Shown here in pieces: positions 16,750 through 24,503 of a stretch of DNA of 32,000 bases; the stretch's first letter is position 1, and every line of letters begins with the position of its first letter. The stretch comes from Geotalea uraniireducens Rf4 (GTDB taxonomy: Bacteria; Desulfobacterota; Desulfuromonadia; Geobacterales; Geobacteraceae). Made by a program: the position numbers and the translations under genes. Below the pieces are notes generated by a model. That model was not told the origin of the DNA, did not search any database, and was given only the letters and a program-made list of their open reading frames with translations. The stretch is from positions 3,930,001 through 3,962,000 of the forward strand of contig NC_009483.1 in assembly GCF_000016745.1 (NCBI RefSeq), in the 5' to 3' direction.

Positions 16750-18041
16750 TGCGCACCTCCGGTAAGATCGATTGCCACTGCTGTTTCAAGCTTCACGAGA
16801 GCTGTCTGCCGGTCATGCAGCGCCGTTAGATAGCCGTCGTTGACCTCAAAAAACTTCTTCTGCTCCTCGATGACGGTAAGAATCCCCACCTCGCCAAGAC
16901 GGTATGCCTCCTGCACCAGCTTCAGGTTCTCTTCCAGCTGGGGGATGATCTCCCTGGTATAGATTGACAGGGATTTTTCAGCTGTGGCCAGTCTCGCAAA
17001 GGCCGCCTCCACCTCCCGTTCGGCGGTCACCCGGGCAAAGGCGTAACGGTTTTCGGCGCTACCCTTTCTGGCCTGCGCCTCGCGAATGCCTGCCTGGTTA
17101 CGATCGAAAAGGGGAATGGGAATGGAGAGCTTCAGGCCGATGAGGTTATCCCGGTCCTTCACGTCGCTCCCGGCCACTTCAATGGCCGTATTTTCACGCT
17201 GATAGCCGAACCCAGCCGTGATGTTGGGAATCCTCTCGGCCTGCGCCAGGGCAATTTCAGCATCGCCTTTTGCCTTTTCGGCCTCCAGCCCCATGATGTC
17301 GGGACGTTTTGCCAGTGCCCAGCTTTTCAGCTCCCCGAGGTTTTTCGCTAAAGGCTTTGCCTCCAGTGAGCCGATAAAGCGGGCCTCCTCATTCGGAGGA
17401 AGCCCCGTGAGGGCAAGAAGCCTCGCCTTGGCCGGATAGAGCCCCCGTTCGGCCTCGACTTTTTTCCCCTCGCTCCTCGCCACCTCCACGCGGGCAAGGT
17501 TTACCTCCAGCTCCGGGATATCCCCGGCCTCAAGCCGCTGTTTCGTGACCTCCAGAAGCTGATTGTTAAGGGCTATGGAACGCTCCGCCAGTTCCACCCT
17601 CTTTCCCGCCAGCAACAGGTCATAAAAGGTGGTCTTGACCTCCTCCACGAGAAGCCGCCCGGAGTTGTCGACCTGCCGGTCGAAGCTTTCGATTTCTTTA
17701 TCTGCCACTGCCAGACGCTTCCCTCTTTTGCCCATTGTCAGAAATTCCTGGGAAATGCCGACGGAGATCAGGTTTTCCGATGGGCTGCCGGAAAGTTCGC
17801 CGGTTGTCCCGTCCAGATCCAGGACCGGATTGGGGTAGAGACCGGCCTTGATCTTGCCTGCCTCCCGTATTCCCTTCTCCTCGCGGAGCGCTTTCAGCTC
17901 GCCATTGTTTTGTTGGGCAAATTCGACGGCCTGCTGGAGCGTAAAATTCTTTTCCCCGGCTAATGCCGAGCTCTCGCCGGATAAACTGCAAACGGCCTGG
18001 AGCAATAAAACTGCTCCCGTCACAGAAATTGTTCGTACCAA
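16746..18041 (-). CDS. TolC-family outer membrane efflux protein (CzcC-like)
   Basis: 431 aa with a signal peptide and two repeated OEP coiled-coil halves. ATGA-type overlap with the adaptor gene. TTG start after AAGGAGG. Confidence 0.85.
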   Translation of the reverse strand: MVRTISVTGAVLLLQAVCSLSGESSALAGEKNFTLQQAVEFAQQNNGELKALREEKGIREAGKIKAGLYPNPVLDLDGTTGELSGSPSENLISVGISQEFLTMGKRGKRLAVADKEIESFDRQVDNSGRLLVEEVKTTFYDLLLAGKRVELAERSIALNNQLLEVTKQRLEAGDIPELEVNLARVEVARSEGKKVEAERGLYPAKARLLALTGLPPNEEARFIGSLEAKPLAKNLGELKSWALAKRPDIMGLEAEKAKGDAEIALAQAERIPNITAGFGYQRENTAIEVAGSDVKDRDNLIGLKLSIPIPLFDRNQAGIREAQARKGSAENRYAFARVTAEREVEAAFARLATAEKSLSIYTREIIPQLEENLKLVQEAYRLGEVGILTVIEEQKKFFEVNDGYLTALHDRQTALVKLETAVAIDLTGGAQ

Positions 18042-18171
18042 GACAATTACCTCCTTGTCAGTTTTATGCAGTTATGATTGGTCTGTGATTAACCGGATAG
18101 CTGAAATGGAAGGTGATAGCGCCCAAGACGCACTACTCCCTTCAGGCTTCTGGATGAAGCACTCTCTTCAG

Positions 18172-18340
18172 CTAGGAGCCTGTCGGACTTAGGGGAACGT
18201 AGCGAGAGGATGGAAAATCGAGGACAGATTTCCGGAAATTTGAGAACGAATAGTGAACCTATTCGTCGAAAATTTACGGGGATATGGACCGATTTGCCAT
18301 TCTCGCAGTAGATTCATTCCTAAGTCCGACAGGCTCCTAG
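18172..18340. mobile_element. MITE-like element with perfect 22-bp terminal inverted repeats
   Basis: The repeats are CTAGGAGCCTGTCGGACTTAGG (18172-18193) and CCTAAGTCCGACAGGCTCCTAG (18319-18340). The element is 169 bp with no ORF. It ends 1 nt before the stop codon of 18341..18706. A family member terminus lies at 7295-7516. Confidence 0.7.
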
Positions 18341-18706
18341 TCAGACGAGGATATGCGGGGGAATGAATTTGGATAGGTATACTTCGGGTAAGGCTTCGAA
18401 TGGTTCGGAAAATACAAGAAAGGCTATTAGCGGGGAATAGCTGACCTGGACAGACTGCACGGTCAGCGAGGCGTTGCAGGAGCAGTAGCAGGACGAATCG
18501 CAATGGTGGGATTCTGAAGGTCCGTTGCCGGGACATGAGGGGCACTGCTTTTCGATCGGACTGAGGTAACTGCTGTCGTGGTCGCAATGGACATCACCGG
18601 ATAGTTCCGCAGCATGCGCATTCCGGCAAAACCCGGTCACGGAAATGGCGAAGATGACGATTACCATGAATATAGAGATATATTTATGAATATGCGAGCG
18701 CATCAT
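18341..18706 (-). CDS. small secreted Cys/His-rich protein (putative metal-binding), first gene of the RND efflux locus
   Basis: 121 aa with a signal/anchor IFMVIVIFAISVTGF..AHA. The mature part contains HCDHD, CPSCPG and HHCDSSCYCSC. No family is recognised. Confidence 0.55.
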   Translation of the reverse strand: MMRSHIHKYISIFMVIVIFAISVTGFCRNAHAAELSGDVHCDHDSSYLSPIEKQCPSCPGNGPSESHHCDSSCYCSCNASLTVQSVQVSYSPLIAFLVFSEPFEALPEVYLSKFIPPHILV

Positions 18707-18829
18707 ATGCCCATCGACATTTTGATTTGAAACAATTATTCTCGGATTATTTATGCACGATAAAACAGGACAAAGTCAAGGGTTATATGCCACTGCTCCC
18801 TTGAGCGTGCTGCGCTACAACGACAGCTT

Positions 18830-19579
18830 TCAAGCCGGAAGGGGAAAAAGAAGAACGAACGTGGTTCCTTCGCCGACGATGCTTTTCACCTGGATCCGCC
18901 CGCCGAGACGTTCTACGATGTTTCTGGAAATGAACAGCCCGAGGCCGGTCCCCTCGCCGGCCACCTTGGTCGTGTAGAAGGGCTCGAAGATATGTTCGAC
19001 CGCTTCCGCAGCTATCCCCCTGCCGGTATCCGCCACCTGCGCCTCTAAAAACCTGCCGTCATCGGTCAAGGCGGTTTTCAGAAGGAGGGTCCCCCCTTCT
19101 TCCATCGCCTGAAGCGCATTCATGATCAGGTTGATGAAAACCTGCTTGAGCCGGTTGCCGTCGGCGGCAATGGGAGGGAGGCCATAGTCCTTCTCCTCAA
19201 TGACGGAGATGGAGCGCTTCTGCGCCTCGTACTTAAGGAAGGCCATGACCTCCTGGAGCACCAGGTTGACATCCGCTTCTGCCTCAACAGCCTCTTCCTT
19301 GCGGGCAAAGGAAAGAAGGCTCCGGGTGAAATAGGAGAGACGCTGGGCCTCCAGACCTATCCGCTCCACCATTTCCTTGACGAATTCAGGCAGATCCTCT
19401 TCACGCAGGATCATCTGCGCTGCCGAGACAATTACCGAGAGCGGGGAGTTCAGCTCATGAACCATCCCGGTCGACAACATCCCCAATTCCGCCATCTTCT
19501 CGTTGAAAGCCAGCTGTTCGAGGACATGCTCATCGAGCCGTCCATCTGCACCGACATATTTTTCGAGCGGATTATTCAT
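18830..19579 (-). CDS. cytoplasmic histidine kinase lacking a sensor domain (HisKA + HATPase_c only)
   Basis: H-box MVHELNSPLSVI, N-box INLIMNALQAM, G-boxes DTGRGI and GTGLGL. 249 aa, no TM segment. Confidence 0.85.
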   Translation of the reverse strand: MNNPLEKYVGADGRLDEHVLEQLAFNEKMAELGMLSTGMVHELNSPLSVIVSAAQMILREEDLPEFVKEMVERIGLEAQRLSYFTRSLLSFARKEEAVEAEADVNLVLQEVMAFLKYEAQKRSISVIEEKDYGLPPIAADGNRLKQVFINLIMNALQAMEEGGTLLLKTALTDDGRFLEAQVADTGRGIAAEAVEHIFEPFYTTKVAGEGTGLGLFISRNIVERLGGRIQVKSIVGEGTTFVLLFPLPA

Positions 19580-19630
19580 ATATCTCCAGGCGGAAAGGTC
19601 CTTGCGACCTTTCTATCCAAATTTATAATG

Positions 19631-19645
19631 GCATAAGTCATGCCA
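19631..19645 (-). promoter_or_regulatory. candidate sigma-54 promoter of the histidine kinase gene
   Basis: The reverse strand reads TGGCATGACTTATGC with GG/GC at consensus spacing, about 52 nt upstream of the ATG at 19579. Confidence 0.45.
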
Positions 19646-19750
19646 ACAGCATTGCCCCACAATTATCGAGGGTTAAGGGATGCCGAGTAATTTTCGCAGG
19701 CAAAAGTGCTGAAAAAGCATGCACAAATTGCCCACAAATAGCGCAGACGT

Positions 19751-19782
19751 AAAAAAGCCGCCCGATAATCGGGCGGCTTTTT
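19751..19782 (-). terminator. rho-independent terminator after amtB (bidirectional shape)
   Basis: AAAAAAGCCGCCCGAtaaTCGGGCGGCTTTTT, 37 nt after the amtB stop. Confidence 0.8.
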
Positions 19783-19818
19783 CCAACAGCCATATAAATT
19801 GTGTAACAAAAAGACCAA

Positions 19819-21276
19819 TCAGTTATAAGCGCTTTCAGAATGCTGGGTCTGGTCGAGACCAATAATCTCGTCTTCTTTTTCCACCCTGAGGCCGATGGTC
19901 TTGTTGAGAACAAAGGCGATGACGATGGTGACGATAAAGGCATAAGCACCGGCAGCGGCAACCGCAATCACCTGGGTCACGAACTGCTTTACGTTGCCCG
20001 ACATGAGGCCGGTTGCACCGACCGTTGCCAGAACACCGGTGATGAGCGCGCCGAAGGTTCCGCCGACACCATGGACGCCGAAGGCATCAAGGGAATCGTC
20101 ATATTTCAGCTTGGCCTTCATCATGACGCCCAGGTAGCAGACAACACCAGCGCCGACGCCGATGATCAGGGCAGCACCCGGTTGAACGAAGCCGGCCGCA
20201 GGAGTGATGCCGACCAGGCCGGCGACTACGCCTGAGCCAAAGCCGAGGGCCGAGGGCTTGCCCGCATGGATCCATTCTGCGACCATCCAGGCGAGGCCGC
20301 CGGCAGCAGGAGCAATAGTTGTGGTGGCAAAGGCAAGACCGGCCAAACCGCCTGCAGCATCGGAACAGTTAACACCGACAATGGCGCTGCCAGCGTTAAA
20401 GCCGAACCAGCCGAACCAGAGGAGACCGACACCCAGCATGGTGAGGGGAAGTGAGTGGGGAGCCATCCGCTCATGGGGGAAGCCGTGCCGCTTGCCGAGG
20501 AAAATGAGCATCGCCAGGGCAGAGATACCGGAGGAGAGATGGACGACGGTACCGCCGGCAAAGTCCAGGGCGCCTTTCTTGAAGAGCCAGCCGTCAACCA
20601 TCCAGACCCAGTGAGCAAGCGGATCGTAAACGAGGGTGGTCCAGAGCAGGACGAAGAGGCAGTAGGCGGAGAACTTGATTCGCTCGGCCAGCGCACCGGA
20701 TACGAGCGCCACGGTGATCATGGCGAACATGCACTGGTACATGGCGAAAACGTACTCCGGGATGGAGCCGGGCTCGGTCGTCACGTTCTGGAACAGGGTG
20801 TAGACCGGATTGCCGTCCTTGAAGGTGATGAGGCCGTTCAGCATCACCTTGCTCAGGTTGCCGAGGAGACCGCCGAAGGCGTCGGGGCCGAAGGCGAGGG
20901 AATAGCCAATGATCGCCCACTGCACCCCGACGATCCCCATGGCTACAAAAGAGTGCATCATCGTGGAAAGGACGTTCTTCCCGCGGACCATGCCGCCATA
21001 GAAGAGGGCAAGGCCGGGGATCATGAAGAGGACCAGGGCCGCCGAGGTCAGCATCCAGGCGGTGTCGCCGGTATTGAGCACCGGATCGACGTTTTTCGGG
21101 GCTGCGGCGGCAGGTGCAGCAGCGGCAGGTGCAGGGGTTGCGGCCGGAGCAGAAGCGGCCGGAGCGTCGGCAGCAGCGGCTGGAACTTTGGCCGGCTCTT
21201 CAGCCAATGCAGCAACGGGGGCCATAACGGCAGTTATGACCAGAAGCAGCTTTATAAACGACAGTTTGAATTTCAT
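19819..21276 (-). CDS. amtB: ammonium transporter Amt family
   Basis: It has 11 TM segments and the conserved DFAGGTVVHLSSG and GVHGVGGTFG motifs. It carries a signal peptide followed by an Ala/Pro-rich spacer. ATG 21276 follows GGAGG. Confidence 0.95.
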   Translation of the reverse strand: MKFKLSFIKLLLVITAVMAPVAALAEEPAKVPAAAADAPAASAPAATPAPAAAAPAAAAPKNVDPVLNTGDTAWMLTSAALVLFMIPGLALFYGGMVRGKNVLSTMMHSFVAMGIVGVQWAIIGYSLAFGPDAFGGLLGNLSKVMLNGLITFKDGNPVYTLFQNVTTEPGSIPEYVFAMYQCMFAMITVALVSGALAERIKFSAYCLFVLLWTTLVYDPLAHWVWMVDGWLFKKGALDFAGGTVVHLSSGISALAMLIFLGKRHGFPHERMAPHSLPLTMLGVGLLWFGWFGFNAGSAIVGVNCSDAAGGLAGLAFATTTIAPAAGGLAWMVAEWIHAGKPSALGFGSGVVAGLVGITPAAGFVQPGAALIIGVGAGVVCYLGVMMKAKLKYDDSLDAFGVHGVGGTFGALITGVLATVGATGLMSGNVKQFVTQVIAVAAAGAYAFIVTIVIAFVLNKTIGLRVEKEDEIIGLDQTQHSESAYN

Positions 21277-21309
21277 GATAACCTCCACTATACCTTTAGA
21301 TATCTTTGT

Positions 21310-21651
<342 letters not shown>

Positions 21652-21741
21652 TTACTCCCCCTTTGCTAGCTTTACGATTATGGAATCTCGCCCTCTTGAA
21701 AAATGCGGGGGCATTGCTGCCCCCATTACATTGAAGGAGAC

Positions 21742-22560
21742 CTAGGGGAAGTTGATATCGAGCTGGGTAGTAAAGGTGTTGTTGCCCGCCAGCGCTTTTT
21801 CCTTGTATATGTCATAGCCGAAGATTACCGAGACATTCTTGGCAAAGGCCCAGGATACACCGACGTTCACGGCGCCCATGACGTTGTTGCCGCCCATGTA
21901 ATCCACCGCCATCCAGAGTTTGTCGGAAATCTCGCTCATGGTCCTGTCCCAGGAGAGAAGGACACCTTGATTCTGCGACTTGCTCGGATCCAGGCGTGTA
22001 TCCTGGAAAGAATTTTTGGAACCGCGATAGTAACCAGCAGAAACCCTCCCCAGCGAAGGAACAGGGCCGATTGCAGGAATGGTCTTGGCCGCCAGGCCAT
22101 AGATTATGTTCTGCCCCGAGACCACGAAAGGTGCGTTGCCTGCCGGCTGGGTCGGACCAATGTTGTACATGCCGAAGGCAAGGGCCGGAGATAATTTGAA
22201 AAGGGATTCTTCGGGAGTGCCGATTTTGAAATTGCCCATCAGCGGGTGGTTGTCGTTCGGGTTATTGGCGATGACCAGATAGTCAACACCAATTTCCATC
22301 TGCAACTTCTCGAAGGGAAGGATACCCGCGGTGAGGCCGATGTCCATTACGTTTGCGTCCCTGGTGGAAGACGGGGAGGGAGCTGACTTGGCTACTCCGG
22401 AAGCACGGAAATAGTTGTCGATGCCGAGATGCAGAGTCTTGTAACCCTGGACGTCCGTGGAAGGGATCCAGATCTGGGTGGAAGGGGTCGCCATTGCGAC
22501 ACCGGTTGCTGCCATCATAAGCATCGTTGCCAGGGAAAGAATCTTGGTAATCTTTTTCAT
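21742..22560 (-). CDS. outer-membrane beta-barrel (porin-like) protein co-oriented with glnK-amtB
   Basis: Signal peptide MKKITKILSLATMLMMAATGVAMA and alternating beta-strand pattern, ending TTQLDINFP. The start at 22560 lies 7 nt after AGGAG. Confidence 0.6.
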   Translation of the reverse strand: MKKITKILSLATMLMMAATGVAMATPSTQIWIPSTDVQGYKTLHLGIDNYFRASGVAKSAPSPSSTRDANVMDIGLTAGILPFEKLQMEIGVDYLVIANNPNDNHPLMGNFKIGTPEESLFKLSPALAFGMYNIGPTQPAGNAPFVVSGQNIIYGLAAKTIPAIGPVPSLGRVSAGYYRGSKNSFQDTRLDPSKSQNQGVLLSWDRTMSEISDKLWMAVDYMGGNNVMGAVNVGVSWAFAKNVSVIFGYDIYKEKALAGNNTFTTQLDINFP

Positions 22561-22657
22561 TTGCATACTCCTTTGTAATTAAATATAAAATTATTTAACC
22601 TACTGTACCACGTCGTAAACCACTTGCAGCTCCATTGCCCCCTTTCCATGTTCTAAA

Positions 22658-22900
22658 TAGTGTCCATCCGGAAACTCCGGATGAGAAACTATTGGTTTCC
22701 AATTCGGAAACGAGGGATTTTTGACTCGACCATACGGTCGACCCCTTTGGGGCGCCTTCGCGGTCCAACTCGCTTCGCTCGTTGTCGTCCTGGCAAGGAA
22801 ATCGAGGGGTTGCGCGGAGGCGTACATCGGTACGCCGCACAAGCAAGCCTGAAGATTGACACCGCCAGGGCGGAAAAGAACCGTTTCCGGATGGAAACTA
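22658..22900. mobile_element. MITE-like element (243 bp) inside the 5' leader of the porin-glnK-amtB operon
   Basis: The TIRs are TAGTGTCCATCCGGAAAC (22658-22675) and GTTTCCGGATGGAAACTA (22883-22900), matching 17/18. The interior is full of short hairpins and has no credible ORF. Confidence 0.6.
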
Positions 22901-22977
22901 AATAAAAAAGCGCCTCCCACCATGCGGTGAAGAGGCGCCATTGCCTGTACCATCTGTTCAAATGCACAACACTGTGC
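22901..22977 (-). promoter_or_regulatory. leader with ANTAR-type dual hexaloop hairpins overlapping an intrinsic terminator
   Basis: On the reverse strand, hairpin 1 is GCAC-AGTGTT-GTGC (22977-22964) and hairpin 2 is AGGC-AATGGC-GCCT (22946-22933). Both hexaloops have A at position 1 and G at position 4. The 3' arm of hairpin 2 lies within the 5' arm of the terminator GCGCCTCttCACCgcatGGTGgGAGGCGC + TTTTTTATTT (22938-22901). Confidence 0.55.
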
Positions 22978-23002
22978 GTCGATAATTTACGAAAATGCTA
23001 AA

Positions 23003-23018
23003 AGCACAAGCCGTGCCA
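23003..23018 (-). promoter_or_regulatory. sigma-54 promoter for the porin-glnK-amtB leader
   Basis: The reverse strand reads TGGCACGGCTTGTGCT with GG/GC at consensus spacing. It is about 15 nt upstream of the first ANTAR-type hairpin once the expected start site is allowed for. Confidence 0.55.
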
Positions 23019-23085
23019 CATGTATTTGCAAAATGAATTGTCAAATAATTACGAATTGTTACAAAAAAGTCAGAAAATCATGACA

Positions 23086-23123
23086 ATAAAAAGCGGGGCC
23101 GATCTGCACTCTTGGCCCCGCTT
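23086..23123 (-). terminator. rho-independent terminator after nifV
   Basis: The reverse strand reads AGCGGGGCCaagagtgcagatcGGCCCCGCT followed by TTTTATTGTC, 47 nt after the stop at 23170. Confidence 0.7.
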
Positions 23124-23169
23124 CTGATTATTTTTTATGCAGCTCTGCGTTTCATTTCCAGGCAGCTTT

Positions 23170-24321
23170 TCACGCCGCTTTCAGACCACGATGTTCGGAC
23201 TTGTAAAGCCGGCGCAGGTCCTTATCGCTCAACGGCCGCTTCATCCGCTGGGCAATGGTTCGAACCTGCTCCATGAGGCAGACCGCCTCTTTTCTGTTAA
23301 CAACAATGCCCATATTCCTGTAACGCTCCACCAGCCCGCTGGTCCCGGAATGCTTGCCGACGACGATATGCCGGTGCAGTCCGACCTCGGCCGGGTCGAA
23401 GCCTTCGTAGTTGAGCGGGTTTTTGAGTACGCCGTCTGCATGGAGCCCCGACTCGTGGGAAAAGACCCGTTCCCCTACCACCGCTTTCCAGGCCGGCACC
23501 GGCCGCTGGGAAGCCTTGCCGACAAAACGGGAGATCTCCACGAAGCGGTGGGTGTCGACGCCGGGATCGATGCCGCAGGCATGCTTGAGACCCATCACCA
23601 CCTCTTCCAGTGCCGCATTGCCGGCCCGTTCTCCGAGGCCGTTGACCGTTGTGTTGACGAAGCGTGCGCCGGCCTTGATCCCGGCAATGGCATTGGCGGT
23701 CGCCATCCCCAGATCATTATGGGTGTGCACCTCGATATCCAAATCCGGCACCCCGCTGCGCAGTGCCCTGACCCTGTCGAACATGGTAAAGGGATCAAGA
23801 ATACCGAGGGTGTCGCAGAAGCGGAACCTGTCCCCTCCAAGCTCCCGGGTGATCTCCATCAGCTCGCAAAGAAAGCCGATATCAGCCCGGCTGGCATCCT
23901 CCCCCCCGACCGAAACGTAGAGGTTGTGTGCCTTGGCGAACCCCAAGGCGGTCTTCAACTGCTCCTTCACCCACTCACGGCTCTTGCGCAATTTGTGGGC
24001 AATCATCTGATCGGACACGGAAAGGGATATGTCGACAGCCATGATGCCGCAGTCGAGACTGGCCTGGATGTCGGGAATCACCGCCCGGTTCCAGGTGATG
24101 AGGCGGGCGGACAATCCCAGATCGACAAGGGCGCGGATGGAATCGCGCTCCTCCTCTCCCATGGCCGGAATGCCGCATTCCAGTTCCTGCACGCCGATGG
24201 CATCGAGCATCCTGGCGATGGCAATCTTCTCCTTCTTGCTGAAGACCACTCCGGCGGTCTGCTCCCCATCCCGTAGCGTCGTGTCGTCGATGATGATGTC
24301 ACCGTGCACCATATTTTTCAT
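23170..24321 (-). CDS. nifV: homocitrate synthase (NifV / LeuA-family HMGL-like)
   Basis: IIDDTTLRDGEQTAG...HTHNDLGMATANAIAGIKAGA..VNTTVNGLGERAGNAALEE. At 383 aa it has no LeuA regulatory domain. ATG 24321 follows GGGGAGGAAG; the track extension to 24525 runs through the leader repeat. Confidence 0.8.
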   Translation of the reverse strand: MKNMVHGDIIIDDTTLRDGEQTAGVVFSKKEKIAIARMLDAIGVQELECGIPAMGEEERDSIRALVDLGLSARLITWNRAVIPDIQASLDCGIMAVDISLSVSDQMIAHKLRKSREWVKEQLKTALGFAKAHNLYVSVGGEDASRADIGFLCELMEITRELGGDRFRFCDTLGILDPFTMFDRVRALRSGVPDLDIEVHTHNDLGMATANAIAGIKAGARFVNTTVNGLGERAGNAALEEVVMGLKHACGIDPGVDTHRFVEISRFVGKASQRPVPAWKAVVGERVFSHESGLHADGVLKNPLNYEGFDPAEVGLHRHIVVGKHSGTSGLVERYRNMGIVVNRKEAVCLMEQVRTIAQRMKRPLSDKDLRRLYKSEHRGLKAA

Positions 24322-24336
24322 AGCCGCTTCCTCCCC

Positions 24337-24454
24337 AAACAACAGAAAGGCCCCGACCGTAAAGATTGTTCGATGTTCTACGTTCGAAGTTCTATGTTTA
24401 AAACCTAGAACCTTGAACGTAGAACCTTGAACCGTTTCTTCGGTTCCGGGGCCT
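24337..24454 (-). promoter_or_regulatory. long compound hairpin plus U-rich tract in the nifV leader (attenuator or inserted palindromic repeat)
   Basis: The outer stem is GGCCCCG (24453-24447) / CGGGGCC (24355-24349). It encloses the GAACCG-AAGAAA-CGGTTC hairpin and a ~25-bp imperfect palindrome (24375-24425) carrying a tandem GTTCAAGGTTCTA. The structure is followed by TTTCTGTTGTTT and then the RBS. Confidence 0.45.
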
Positions 24455-24487
24455 CGTTGCCACGTGTCCAACTTCTTAAATTGCTCA

Positions 24488-24503
24488 AGCAATAGGCATG
24501 CCA
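24488..24503 (-). promoter_or_regulatory. sigma-54 promoter of nifV
   Basis: The reverse strand reads TGGCATGCCTATTGCT, a near-perfect TGGCAY-N5-TTGCW match. Confidence 0.6.

Noticed and set aside
22567-22900. Possible riboswitch (glutamine/glnA-type or GEMM) or small protein in the long porin leader
   Set aside because: I could not find the conserved cores of those RNAs on either strand. The ORFs here (22595..22846, 22600..22953, 22660..22905) are Arg-rich and lack an RBS. The region is explained by a TIR-bounded repeat element.
23013-23030. + strand near-match to a sigma-54 promoter (GTGCCACATGTATTTGCA)
   Set aside because: The essential GG dinucleotide is replaced by GC (TGCCAC) and no + strand gene lies downstream. 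The motif is the partial mirror image of the real minus-strand element.
24375-24440. Tandem GTTCAAGGTTCTA repeats considered as a CRISPR or VNTR
   Set aside because: There are only two units, no spacers, and they are embedded in a larger palindrome. It is not a CRISPR array.
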